A DNA stretch of 62,916 bases, counting the filler, from Craspedostauros australis (Eukaryota), in assembly GCA_030167865.1 (NCBI GenBank). It is 12 parts of 12 records of this genome, joined end to end, with 100 filler letters (N's around TTAATTAATTAA, not from the genome) between each part and the next. Parts side by side here need not be neighbours in the genome. Positions count along the whole stretch, not along the records: positions 1 to 14,541 come from JALAGF010005279.1; 11 more parts are not named here. One strand, written 5' to 3'. Below are positions 1 through 13,254 of this stretch, piece after piece (the stretch's first letter is position 1; every line of letters starts with the position of its first letter). The notes under the pieces were generated by a model that was given only the letters and a program-made list of their open reading frames with translations, searched no databases and was not told the DNA's origin. The position numbers and the translations under genes are program-made.

Positions 1-582
1 CGCATCCACGATGGCCGAGAGATTGCCACCTGCATTGAATTGGTCGTACTTTCCCTTTCCATAGTGACATGGATGCGAGTCAGCCCGTCGCTTGTTTGAT
101 GGCATGGGTGATTCATTCTGTACAGAGTGAGCAATTGCGGATGTGTCAGTTTGAGACGGCGGAGATGATGGGGGCGGCGATGGTGACTTGGTTGCGCCAT
201 CATTCAATCTATGCAAGAAACGGTCCACCAATGCTGATTTGCCCGTCCCTGAATAGCCGTGGATGAGAACGACCTGTGCATCCTTGTTGCTATCGGCACT
301 ACTGCTGTCATCACGTGTGGGCTTCGTCAGTGGTTTGCGACATATGCGGCCGTAGATCGAATTCAATCGTTCCAGCTCATCTTCGCGTCCCACGAAGGTG
401 TTGAGCCGCAGTTGATCCCACTGTTCGTCATCGTCATCGTTGCCATCGTCGTCGTCACCGAAGGTGTGGTTGTCGTCGTCGTAGATACTGTGCTTGGGAT
501 CATCGGTAGTGTCTGTGCCTGGATGTGATGAAGCGTACGTTTGATCATCCGTCTGCTCACAGGGAGTTGTTTTGTCTGCCAT
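1..582 (-). CDS. 5' part of a COG3899/AAA_16 STAND-like P-loop ATPase (copy 1), running off the left window edge
   Basis: Manual translation from ATG 582 is open to base 1: MADKTT...QWDQLRLNTFVGREDELERLNSIYGRICRKP...VVLIHGYSGTGKSALV...CHYGKGKYDQFNAGGNLSAIVDA. It is clearly paralogous to exon 1 of the two intact genes. It is absent from the ORF track because no stop lies inside the window. Confidence 0.88.
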   Translation of the reverse strand, partial: MADKTTPCEQTDDQTYASSHPGTDTTDDPKHSIYDDDNHTFGDDDDGNDDDDEQWDQLRLNTFVGREDELERLNSIYGRICRKPLTKPTRDDSSSADSNKDAQVVLIHGYSGTGKSALVDRFLHRLNDGATKSPSPPPSSPPSQTDTSAIAHSVQNESPMPSNKRRADSHPCHYGKGKYDQFNAGGNLSAIVDA

Positions 583-1081
583 GGTGCTTGATGCCTTGTC
601 GATCGATGGTTTCGAATGGTGCGAAGTATTGCGGGGTCTGATGTTGCGAGACCCGACGGATTATACCGACACTGTCTTGAAAGAGCGTGTTGGTATTGGC
701 ACGTGGATGTGTTTGTGTATTATGAATGAAGTCCAATGCTCTCTCTCTCTCTCTGTCTCTGTCTCTGAAGTGAGGACGCAGGCACGTTCAGCTCCAAGGA
801 TGAAGAGCCGGGGAATGCGATGTGAGTGCTGGTGCTCTCCTTCGTGACAACAGACTGTTGGCAGGGATGTTCGCAAGCACTATGTCGTTTCTGGTCACGG
901 CCTTCAAGGCATCACGATGGCGCCGCGCAAGTTTGGACACTGCTGTTCCAGCAACCCGAAATGGCTCCAGGTGGACAGCGAAGGAGGCACGAGAGACACT
1001 TGGAAACGGTAATGAATGTCGCAGTGTTCTTCGTTGGTGCTTTGGATGGAGAATGGGTCATGGATGGACACAAGCGAAGTT

Positions 1082-1590
1082 CTGGGACACCCAATAATTT
1101 GTCCAGAATTCGTGCGTTGACATCTTTTCTAGTCTTGCGGGACTAGAAAAGGACAGAACCACGTTATCGATCAAGTTTGTCATTTTTCTTCGAAGTTGAC
1201 TATTTGAGAGAAATTCAGCAATGTTGAGCATTGACTTAACGGATTCTATCGGACAACGTTGAACTTGAGGACAAATACGGACATTATCTGACAAATCCGG
1301 ACAGATCTGGACATTTACGACTACATGGAATCGATATTTTATCCAGTTAGTGTGGAGGCTTGTCCGGATTTGTCAGGAACTGTCCGGATTTGTCCTCATA
1401 TTCAACTATGTCCGACTATTGATTGTCCGTTAATGGAAACTACGCAGTTCAAGGAATTTCTCGCTTTGTTGTCGTGTTTGAACATTCAAAGCACAATTCG
1501 ATCATCGCACTGATTTTCTCTTGATGTAGTCCCGCAAGACTCCAGAACATGTAATTTTCAGAATTCTAAACACATTATTGGTTGTCCCTG
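1082..1590. mobile_element. Foldback/MITE-like non-autonomous DNA transposon (~510 bp)
   Basis: The left end (ctgggacacccaataatttgtccagaattc...agtcttgcgggacta) matches the reverse complement of the right end (cagggacaaccaataatgtgtttagaattc...agtcttgcgggacta). Inner gacaaatccggaca / tgtccggatttgtc repeats are also inverted. No coding capacity and no clear TSD. Confidence 0.75.
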
Positions 1591-2074
1591 GCCATCCAAG
1601 CGATGTTGCCCAGCCATGTCAATGTCGTCGGCTTTCGAAAACCGTATCCTCAGGGACACGCAACGAGATGTCGGATACGAACAAGAATATCGAACCGTTA
1701 AGTTCGAAAGACACAACTATTTCTCATTGATAATATTGTGGTCGGGTCGACCCGATTGATAAATTGGTGGGTCGATCTGCGATGGTGGAGAATGTCATGG
1801 AGATTCTGTGTAGCCACAAACAAATCACCAAAGGGAGTGATCGATGGCTACGAAGAGGCAAAACGATGACTTGCTAGTATTCTGATACTACCTAATCAAG
1901 TTGCCTCCAGTATGCCAACTGCAAAGTTCACGTCTTTCGACTTTGCCGAGTGTATCGAAGGCGTGTGAGTGCCTAATCTCTATCTGTGATAGACTAGCAC
2001 AACTGTACACATATTGTTCCAGAGGAACTGGAGTTTCCCAATGATGATGGTCTGCTTCTGATGAACTCGTACAG

Positions 2075-5000
2075 TTACAGTGCATCAAAGTTCACCTCTG
2101 CCATCATCTTGTGTGCCGTGGTCACGCACATCCGTGTATCTGCTGTGTGCTTCGTCATTCTCCGGTTCCGCCGTCGGCCGTTGATTTCCCCTCCGTCGCT
2201 TCCATCAATGCAGCCCTCCACCATGCTTCGATGGAGGAGGTCCGGATACTTCTTCAAGAGCTGTTCCACCTTCGCCTTTGCTCCCCACTCGTTGTACAAT
2301 GAGATGGCATTCCTCAGATACAGTCGTGGCCAGTACCACTCCGTATCGTCTTCGACAATGGTCGTGTTTTCGTACATCGATGTGCTGGGCTCTCCGAACA
2401 TGAAATCACGACTGCTTCTGCGGTTGCCATTCGCAGTTGTACCAGACAGTTGTGAGGACGAACTCTTGAGGAGAAAGTACTCGGCGGCAAGCTCATTCGC
2501 CAGCGCTGTCTCGTGGATATGGCCAGAGCGAGCAGAGATCGAGATAGCCTTGTCGTAAGCCGCCTTCACAGTCTCCTCCTGTTGCTTTCCAGATGCCGCC
2601 ATTGCATCTGCTTGCATAATCATGTACCGATGGAGAGAGTTCCCGCCCTTCGTTTCGATGAAAGCCTTCAAGGTTCTCATTCGTTGCTTCGAGCGGCGAT
2701 AATACTTTCGTCGCTTCCGGTTGTTGTTTGTGATTCGTTGAGCCAATCTCGACATGGTGAGACCAGAATGAAACGCCTCGAGAGCCAGAGCCACCATCGA
2801 GTGTTCTATTTTGCAAAGACGTTCAAGTGGGGCAACATACTTCTTGGCAACCTCCAGGTCACCGAAGAATGTTGCCAGCTGTATGGAACCCCAACAAGAA
2901 TACAGCGCACTGGCCCATTCTGAAGGATTGGGATCCTTCACCGACATTGAGTCGGCCAGATGACGCCACTTGTCTTCTGCGAAGGCTGCCGTGGGGTCGT
3001 TTTTGCCAAGCAAGACCACCCACGTTGCGAATGCGGACACAAAGATCTCTTCTATAGCCTTGAGGCCATAATGCCGTAGTTGAGCCAGGTATGACTTCCC
3101 CACTCGATGCAGCGAGACGAGAGGTAAGCCAGCTACGAATGCAAAGAGCAAACTCCCTCCCCAGCATCTGTATGCAGACTCCAAGTCACCCGTTTCCATT
3201 GCATCGTGATGGCCTCGACGCAGATCGGCCAAGCACACGTGGACAGGCTTGGACCATGCGTCGATGTAAATTCCCATCACGGCGATGTAACTGCCAAAGA
3301 TGTGCTTGGAGTCAGTTGCATCGAGGATACGTCTCGATAACGCACACAGCCGTTTGCCGAGGTCCACCTCCTTGAAGGTATTCAGGAGAATCACCCCAGC
3401 AGCGCAGAAGGAATACGCACCTTCCGCGCACAAGCCGTGCTTCAGGATGAGTCTGACTTGTCGGAACAAAATGAAGATCAATGTTCCAATCTGGCTCGAG
3501 CAATGGGCCGAGTGAGTGGCACGATGCAATATCTCCATTGTCAATTTGATCTTGGGGTCCTTCATGGCGGGGAGCTTCATTATGTCTTCGTCAGTGTGTT
3601 TGGAGAAGTAGGTGTTGATCTTGCGTTTGTCTCTGAGAGCCAAGAAGATATGATTTCTCACAGGAAAAGTCTTTAGAAGCTTGAGCGATTCGAGTTGGAG
3701 ATCCAACGATTCTTTGAAACGTTCCAAGCGATTAAGTGCCTTCACCAACGACATGTTCACCAAGATCTTGTCCTCTACGTACTGATCGGACCTCTCGACG
3801 ATGGTCTGACATAGCATCGACCCCGTCTCGTAGTTACCGAGGGTCAGTTCGATCTCGGAGAGGCTGTGATACACATCCCTGCACAGACCGTACTGCGTCT
3901 CCCAAGGATCAGCGATCTTGATCTCTAGATTCGTCAGGGCTTGGTTCAGGTACTTCGCTGCCGGAACGAAGGCGGAAACGCCAACTGCAAGCTGTCCTGC
4001 CTTGAGGTTGAGATTGATGAGATCGATGGTTGGAATGATGTGATCGGATACCGTGAGCGACGACACGTTCTCGAGATGGTCCGCAGCCATGAACCACATC
4101 CAGTCTTCGCCCAGCATGGGATCAGACCCGATCTCCATGAGATACTTGCCCACCCGAAACTTCATTTGGTCAAGCTCGTCACCTGGAGGAGACAGCGAGA
4201 AGGCCGCCTGCTGGATTCGATCGTGGGCGAAGCGGAACGTCGCGCCTGAGTCGACAGCGGCTTCAGCTGGACCTGCGTCCGGATTGGCACTGGTCCTCTC
4301 GAGCAGTTCCTCTTTCACTGCCATATCCAGTGCCTCACCTACGCTCATCTCGGTCACCGACAGGGTGCGCATTGCGTTTTCACCATCTGTCTGATGAATC
4401 TGATGCTGTTCCATCTCCCAGTCCATCAGCGTCTCCAACAACGACTGACGGAACGTCGATCGTAGGAATGAAGCCATCTGCAAGCACTTTTGCAGGTCGT
4501 CCGGAAGCGAATGCAGCTTGGATGTGATCAGGTCGACGACATTCGCTGATAGGTCGATCTCATCGGCTGCTCGCTGCTCATCCCATTCCCATTGCAGCGT
4601 GTGGATGTTTCGAGTCAGAGCCTTGCGACGGCGCAGTCCCTCCAACGCTTGCATGGTGTATAGTACGTTGCCTTTGGTCTTGTCATGGAGCAACTTGGCC
4701 AGAGGAGCTGCTTCGGTAGTATCTAACCGAAGTGACGATGCGAGGAACTCCGCGGTTTGGGTGATCGTGAGATCATTGAGAGGAATGTCGTGGATGGTCT
4801 TTCCGTTGGTTTCCCACTGTGAGACGGCAGTGGTGAGTTGGTGTTGAGGATCGTTGTGCACCTCGTTGGATCGGTATGATCCGATGATGAGGAGGTTGCG
4901 GATGGAAGGATCGATCAAGATCTCAGTGATGAGCTTGAGTGATCGTTCATCAACCCATTGGAGATCTGTTTGCGTGGAATACGGGTGTGCGAATGCGGAA

Positions 5001-6383
5001 AAGGAAAGGTCGGAGTGTGGTACAAGGGTGATTCCGTGAGATGATGTCGCGCGGTGTAACACGACGTGTCAGCCTACTCAACGTATAGAAGAAAATGCAT
5101 GGGCGGTCCAAGAACATATCCGAGTACATAACAATACGCGTGCACAAAACACGGTGCCGTTGGCTTCACTCACCGTCCAAATAGAGAACAAGCGGATGAT
5201 CGTCGGTGCAGATGGCTTTGAGGATCACCTTGAAACCGTGCACGATCCGAGGCCATTCTTTTTCTCTCGAACCCACAACTCCGCGTTGGTCCGCGTCGAA
5301 AAGTGAGATCGTCGTCATCGACTTCGCGCTGACCGAATACTCATCAATCGACGGTGCCGCATGCTCCATTCCTTCCGAGCCGGCATTGTACTTGTTGCGG
5401 TTCATCATCCGAGATGGCTTGGAAAAGATCTTCATGCGTTCTTGCCTGCTGGCCATATCTTCTTCGCCAATATCGATCTGCCGACAGCTCATAATATCCC
5501 ACTCCAACATGTTGGAGAGGCCAGGGATGATTTTGCACATGCGGCTGCGCAGGGCCTTGTTCAGTTTCTTGCACAGGGTGTCCCGGATTCGTTTGCTTTC
5601 CAGAATGTCTTCTGCTTCTTTGAGATGGTCGAAGAGGCTGGACAAGGCATCGACGATGGCGGACAAGTTGCCCGCATTCTTGAATTGGTCGTACTTCCCC
5701 TTGCCGACATGGCACGGGTGCAAATCAGCCTGTCTCTTCTTCTGTTCTACAACACCATCTTCGTTTGATGTTGATGGCGTGGTGTTCGGAGGTGACATCG
5801 TGACACCCAAGTCCCCCAAGAAGCGATTCACCAAGGCTGACTTTCCTGTCCCCGAATAGCCATGGATGAGAACAACCTGCGGTTCTTTGTTGCCTTTGCC
5901 TGCGCCTTTTGCCATGCCATTTGCGAGTCGGTTGCTGTCGTCGGATGTCTTGGACGGTTTGCGGCAGATGCGTGCGTAGATCGATTTCAAGCGCTCCAGT
6001 TCATCTTCGCGTCCGATGAAGTGATCGAATCGCAGCTGATCCCACTGATCGCTGCTTGCGCCTTGGCCATCTGCGTCATCAGGATTCTCGGCGCAATCGG
6101 CGCCGTTGAGTTCATCGTCCGAATCTGAGTGCTCGTACTCTTCATCGTCGTCGATGCTGTAGATGTCGAGTTTGGATTCGAACGTCGCGCTGGCTCTGTC
6201 TTTGGCTGAACCGCCTGTGCAATCGCTGATGGCCGTTCCGTCATGAAGAGATCGATTGGTGGCATTCGAAGAGGCGCCTTGGGCATTGGCATCGCCACCG
6301 CAATGCAGATGCGACACCGAAGACGGCTTCTCGGAATCGAAGGATGGAACGTGGATGACCTTGGAAGCGCGGCGGTTCACCAT
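2075..6383 (-). CDS. COG3899/AAA_16 STAND-like ATPase with winged-helix and TPR-like helical C-terminus (copy 2); join(6383..5174,4965..2075), 1366 aa
   Basis: Motifs: FIGREDEL, Walker A GYSGTGKS, GKYDQ, IIGSYRSNEV, KTKGNVLY, FRFAHDRIQQAAFSL, AYDKAI...ALANELAAEY and WGAKAKV. A GTGAGT...CAG intron (5173..4966) restores Walker B LVLYLDDLQW in frame. Confidence 0.9.
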
Positions 6384-8213
6384 GGCTGCTTGGTGTATGG
6401 TATGGTATTGTACGGTATCGTATGGTATAGTGCTTGGCGGTTACACGTTCGGTTAGTGTGCCACAACGATAGCTTGTTGCGGGGTGGATGTTGCGATTGT
6501 CTGAATGTGATCACAATTCGAATCTTTGATTTTGATGTTGTCTCTCTGCTCTCCCGGTCGATGGTTAACGCCAACATGCAATGAAAAGCGTCTGTCTGAG
6601 CGATTGAGTGTCGCGTTCGTGGAGTGCCCACAGCGATGCCGCAAGGGAGTGCCTGCAAGTTCGGACGCATCTTGCGCACCTCATACCAAAACGCCCACAC
6701 ATTCACGCTCACCATTGCGTGAAGAGCGATGATCGTTGGCTGGTCGGGGTTCGTTGACAATCGTCAAGGGAGTAATTCTTTGTTGATCGAAAATACGATA
6801 CCATAACTGAAGCCAACGCGAAGACAAGAATGTCCCAACTGGCAAACGAATCGATCCATCCACCCACGATGACAAAAGGGAAACAAGTGTGTCAAACGAT
6901 TGTATTCGCCCAAGGGCGAGAGTACGATCTACGAGTACAGACGGCTCCACGAACAGGACCTGCAATCTTGCACAGAAAAAGCGCGCGAACGAGAGGTTCC
7001 ACTTTGGTTTTCTCACACAGACACAAGGTAAGTTTCTCACATGCCACGTGGTCTTTCCACACGAACTGCAATGGAACTTGTGAGTTGCCAAACCAAGTCA
7101 TCCCGTTGCATGTTCGCTCGCTGGTATCCAGAATAACCACCGTGGAACATGACAGGTGGCAAACAAAGAACCGCCAAACGCGAAGGTCGCGAAGGATGGA
7201 ACCAGAAAGAACGACTGTGCACAAGCGGTATTGGTCTCGATGCGCGACACAACAAACATCATCAGCGCCAGCACTTCTTCCTGCTTCCGATTTATGGGAA
7301 GGACAAATGACAAGACACTGCAGCACGAAAGTGGTCACCCCTCCGCCACAACATGGCAAATAGCCATGGGGAAAGAAAACCCAAGCAAAACCAGCGCCAC
7401 AAAATGGAAAGTTGGACTTGGGCTATTGGCGTCCAGCCAACACCTCGCGAAGTGACATGGAACAACACACTGCCACAGGTTCATCACCACAAAGTTCAAA
7501 TAATCCGCTCCGCCAGTGCACCATCGGACGCAATGTGTACCGTCCATGTCAGTGAGCGTGACTATTCTTGTGGTGCAGAGGAGAGTAGACTTCAGCGAAC
7601 ATAGTCGTAGCTGCAGCGATCACAAATGCGGAGAGATGCGATGCGACACGTCCACAATTCTGCTGAGCTCGCAAAAAGTGCGATACTCCTCACAAATCAA
7701 ACCAACACCGATCGTTGGCTCGCATGACAGCACTTGGAATTTGCAATTGACCGCGGCCGCTTGAATCAAGACGCAAGACGGAGTGTTGACGTATTGTCTC
7801 GCCTCCAACATTCTAGACTAGTTCAACTCATGTTCTCATCAAGTAAGTTCTCACAGATCTCCACAGATCAGCATGGATCTTCCATGAAGTAATTTGTACA
7901 AGTCAAGCACACAATTGAAGTACTTGTGGAACGTATCGTATTACGTGCAACTAACTCCAACACAAACTTGACCACACTTTCGAAGTTCCAGAAATACAGT
8001 CATTCGGGACACTCTCACATTGGGCAACGATTCGCGAACAAACACGTTCGATAAAACCACAGATATGACGGAATTATCCACGTTCGAAACACCTGTACAA
8101 ATGGCGTCCTACATTTGTTGCATTGAAAGTAGATGCTCGAGTATGAACGTGTAGTTGTTCCAGCCAGTACTGTCATAAGAGCACTCTATTCGTCTCTATT
8201 ACTCTGCACGGAT

Positions 8214-11200
8214 TCACAACGCATCAAAGTTCACCTCCGCCATGATTTTGTGGGCTGTGGCAACGCACATCCGCGTATCCGCAGTGTGCTTCATCATGCT
8301 TCGTTTCCGCCGCCGTCTGGTGCCCTCTCCTCCGTCTCCATTGACGCCGTCCTCGACCATGCCTCTATCGAGCAAGGTTGGATATTTCTGCAGCAAATGT
8401 TCCACCTTTGCCTTTGCTCCCCACTCGTTGTACAGCGAGATGGCATTCCCCAGATACTGCCGCGGCCAGTAGGATTCTGTATCGTCATACAACATGCTTG
8501 TGCTTTTGAAAGCCATGCTGTTGGCATTTTCTTTCCCAATCTCCATGTTTGGGCTGTGATTGCTGTTGCCACGATCGCTTGACTCACCCTCGGTGTTCAC
8601 CAGCGGCTGCTTGTGCAACAAATACTCGGCGGCAAGCTCATTCGCCAGCGCTGTCTCGTGGATATGGCCAGAGCGGGCAGAGAACGAGATGGCCTTGTCG
8701 TATGCTGCCTTCACAGCCTCTTCCGATTCCTTTCCGGATGCCGCCATGGCATCTGCTTGCATGATCATGTATCGATGGAGAGAGGTTCCACCCTTGGTTT
8801 CGATGAACCCCTTCATGGTTTGTATATATTGCTTCGAGCGGCGATAATACTTCCGTCGCTTTCGGTTGTTGTTGGTTATTCGTTGAGCCAGCCTGGACAT
8901 GACGAGTCCAGAATGGAACGCCTTGAGAGATAGGACCATCATTGAGTGCTCTGCTTTGCAAACTTGCTCAAGTGGATCGACGCACTTCTTTCCCACCTCG
9001 AGGTCACCAAAGTATGCTGCCAGTTGTATACAACTCCAACAGGTGAACATCCCTTTGATCCATTCTGAAGGCTTGGTATCTTTCACCGATATCGAGTCCA
9101 CGGAACTCCTCCAGGTGTCTTGTATGCATGATGCGGCGGGGTCATTCTTGCTAGCTATGGTCATCCACATGCCGCAGGGAACCGTCAGGAACTCTTTCAG
9201 AGCATTCAGGCCGTAGTGCTCTACTTGCGCAAGGAATGATTTTACCGCCCGACACAGTGGGACGAGAGGCAATCCAGCCACGGATGCGATGAGCAAACTG
9301 CTTGCCCAGCATCGGTATGCCGGCTCCAAGTCGCCTGTTTCCATCGCAGCGTGATGGCCTCGACGAAGGTCGGCCAGGCACACATGAACAGGCTGGGACC
9401 AAGCATCGACGTAGCTCGCCGCCGAGGCAATGTAAGCACCAAAGATGTGCTTGGATTCAGTCGCATCAATGATCCGTCTTGCCAAGGCACAGAGCCGCTT
9501 GCCCAGATCGATCTTCTTGAGGATATTGATGAGAACGACTCCGGCGCAACAGAAGGCGTAGGCTCCTTCTGCACATAGACCATGCTTCAGTGTGAGTCTG
9601 ACTTGTCGGAACAGGATGAACATCAAGGTTCCAACCTGTTTCGAGCAGTGGGCTGAGAAAATCGTATGTCTCAGTAGCTCCATTGTCAGCTTCATCTTTG
9701 GGTCCGTCATGATGGAGAGATTGATTACCTCGTCGTCAGTGTGCTTGGAGAAGTAGGTATTGATCTTCTGGAGATCCCTGAGAGCCAGGAATAGATGATT
9801 CCTCACAGGGAAGGTCTTCAAAAGGTTGAGCGATTCGAGCTGCAGAACTACCGATTCTTTGTATCGTTCCAGACGATTCAGTGCCTTGACCAACGACAAA
9901 TTCACCAAGATCTTGTCCTCGATGAAGTGATCGGATCTTTCCACAATAGTTTGGCACAGCATCAATCCCTTGTCGTAGTTGCCGAGGGTCAGCTCGATCT
10001 CAGAGAGGCCGCGATAGACATCCCTGCACAATTCATATTGCGTCTCCCAAGGATCAGCGATCTTGATCTCTAGATTCGTCAAGGCTCGGTTCAGGTACTT
10101 TGCTGCCGGAACGAAAGCAGAAACACCAACTGCGAGCTGCCCAGCCTTGAGATTGAGCTTGGTGTAGTCAATGGTTGAAATGATGTGATCAGATACCGTG
10201 AGCGACGACACGTTCTCGAGGTGGTCCGCAGCCATGAACCACATCCAGTCTTCGCCCAACATGGGATCAGATGCGATCTCCATGAGATACTTGCCCACCC
10301 GAAATTTCATTCGGTCGAGCTCGTCGCCTGGGGGTGACAGCGAGAAGGCCGCCTGCTGGATTCGATCATGAACAAAACGGAACATCGCGCCTGAGTTGAC
10401 CAGGTGTTGGGTCGGACCTGCATCCGTCTCGATTCTCTCCAACAGCTCTTCCTTGACGGCCATATCCAGTGCCTCACCTACGCTCATCTCGGTCACCGAC
10501 AGGGTTTTCGTGGCACCCATGCCATCTACCAGATTCAACTGACGCTCTTCGATCTCCCAGTCCATCAACGTCTCCAACAACGACTGACGGAACGTCGATC
10601 GCAGGAATGAAGCCATCTGCAAGCACTTTTGCAGGTCCTCTGGCAGCGAATGGAGCTTCGCCGTGATCAGGTCGACCACGTTCGCTGATAGGTCGATCTC
10701 ATCGGCTGCTCGCTGCTCATCCCATTCCCACTGCGACGTGTGGATGTTGCGAGTCAAGACCTTGCGACGGCGGAGCCCCTCTAGCGCCTGCATGGTGTAT
10801 AGTACGTTGCCTTTGGTCTTGTCATGGAGCAACTTCGCAAGAGGGGTTGTTTTGGTGGTATCCAACCGAAGCGACGATGCGAGAAGCTCCACAGTTTGGG
10901 TGACCGTGAGATCATTGAGGGGAATGTCGTGGATGGTCTTTCCGTTGGTTTTCCACTGTGAGACCGCTGTGGTGAGTTGATGTTGAGGATCGTTGTGTAC
11001 CTCGTTGGATCGGTATGATCCGATAATGAGAAGGTTGCGGATGGAAGGATCGATCAAGATCTCAGTGATGAGCTTGAGAGATCGTTCATCAACCCATTGA
11101 AGGTCTATAGATACGAAAGATTGCGAGCGACAATGTGACACAATCGAGGTTTGAGCATGTGAGGTGGCGTTGTGCAGTGCGGCACAACGTGCCAACGTAC

Positions 11201-11588
11201 TCGTACATATAGAAGAAAAGGTATGGGCGGTCCAAGAACATATCCGAGTCTGCAGCAATACGCGTGTACAAACCACGGTGCCGTCGGTTTCACTCACCGT
11301 CCAAATAGAGCACGAGAGGATGATCGTCGGTGCAGATAGCCTTGAGAATGACCTTGAAACCGTGCACAAGTCGAGGCCATTCTTTTTCTCTTGAAGCTAC
11401 AACTCCGCGTTGGTCCGCATCGAAGAGTGGTATCGTCGTCATCGATTTTGCACCAACTGACTGTTGGTCTATCAACGGTGTCGCATGCTCCATTCCTTCC
11501 GAGCCGGCGTTGTACTTGTTGCGGTTCATCATCCGAGATGGTTGAGAAACTATCTTAATCCGCTCCTGTCTGCTGACCACGTCTTGTT

Positions 11589-11622
<34 letters not shown>

Positions 11623-12507
11623 GTGAAGATTGCTCTGGCAGTCGCCCTCCAACACATTGGAAAGACCAGGAATGATTCTGCACATGCGGTCACACTGATC
11701 ATCGTCCACCTTGCTGCGAATGCTGTGGCGTATGCGGTTGCTCTCCGCAACGTAATCAGGCTCGTCACCCTCCCCGAGATTCTCGAAGAAACTAGACAGA
11801 GCATCAACGATAGCTGACAAGTTGCCCGCGTTGTTGAACTGATCGTACTTTCCCTTGCCAACGTGGCATCGATGCCGATCGGCTTGTCTTTTGCCTTTTT
11901 CGGAAATCGTTTGCGCAGTGACATCATTTGCACCTGCAGTTGATGGCGCGGTGCTCGAAGGAGCCGATTTGACACCCAAACCCTCGAGGAATTGATCCAC
12001 TAGTGCGGATTTTCCTGTCCCAGAGTATCCGTGTATGAGAACAACCTGCGGTTCCTTGTTGCCTTTGCCTGCGCTAGTTGCGTCGGATGTCTTGGATGGT
12101 TTGCGGCAGATGCGTCCGTAGATCGAATTCAGTCGCTCCAACTCATCTTCACGCCCGATGAAGTGATCGAACCGTAGGCGATCCCACCGTCCGCTGCTTG
12201 TGCGTTGGCCATGCTGATCATCGGTGCCATCGGGATTCTCGTCGCGATCCATGGCGTTGTGTTCATCATCAGAATCTGATTGGCTGTGCGCATCATCATC
12301 GTCGATGCTGTAGATGTCGATCTTGGATTCGATCGTTGGGCTGGCTGTTTCCTCCGCAGTGTTGGAGGTGGAAACGGCGATGCCGCTCTCGTGAGCAGAA
12401 CGGTTGATGAATGCATCCACGCCACTCGCCCGTTGACCTTGCGAGAGCGAAGAAGAGCGCTTGAACGATGAGACGTCAAGGTGCTTTGAAGAGCGCTGGG
12501 TCACCAT
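8214..12507 (-). CDS. COG3899/AAA_16 STAND-like ATPase (copy 3); join(12507..11298,11104..8214), 1366 aa
   Basis: Same motifs and same intron position (GTGAGT...TAG, 11297..11105) giving LYLDDLQW. The start MVTQRSSK aligns with MVNRRASK of copy 2. A (GCT)n poly-Ala tract lies at about 11589-11620. Confidence 0.9.
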
Positions 12508-13254
12508 GATGACTTGGTGCTTTCTGGAGTGATTGTGATTCGAATGCAACGACGATCGCGTCCTCTCCTCCCATCATGAATGCCGATTCTATGGCTCCTC
12601 TTGTGATGCAGCCATCGGGAAGTGTGCCCTCTTGTGCACCGCCTATCGCTTTGGGCCCATCTCCGACCTGTGCATCCCCAATGGGTTTTTGTTGAGTCGC
12701 ACAATGGGCGGTCTTCACGAATAGATTTGGTCATGGGTGTGATGGGTGTGTCTTTGGCTCGAGGTCCATGCAGTTTCTGCCACAAAGGGCAGCTAGACAT
12801 TCCCCATGAGACACACTTGTCTACTTTATGCAACTTTTCAATTAATTAACGATCCATATTCTGTTCGTGAGGAGCAGTCTAGAGTACTGGCTTCGCAGAA
12901 CAGAGACACCTTGCGTTAAACAACAAGAGATGTCACAAGTGGCCCCTTCGCGATGACAGATTCGCTGTGTGACCTCGCAGTCCACAATTAGGATTTCTCG
13001 GCACTTCGCATCCGCTGTGCGGCGAGCATAATCGCCCTCACAAAGTCGCCCCAGCAGATGGAGATTCAAGCTTGCAACACTCACTGGTAGAATACATGAT
13101 TCCAAAGACCATCACACACCTCACTGCGTAATGTAATAGTACGCGCATACTGGACACAAGGAGATGTACACCAACGGCTACGCTGGGAATCGTCCACGTT
13201 GATGAGGGTGTTATCCTGGCTGCGGCTGCCTTCCGAAACGGCATCGGCCTCTCT

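Noticed and set aside
4966..5062. ORF-track N-termini of 2075..5062 and 8214..11369
   Set aside because: They are intron sequence read in frame. The spliced models restore Walker B.
2075..12507. Both intact ATPase genes have identical exon lengths (1210 and 2891 nt) despite many indels
   Set aside because: Real but most likely coincidence: copy 1 has a much shorter N-terminus and no mechanism is evident.
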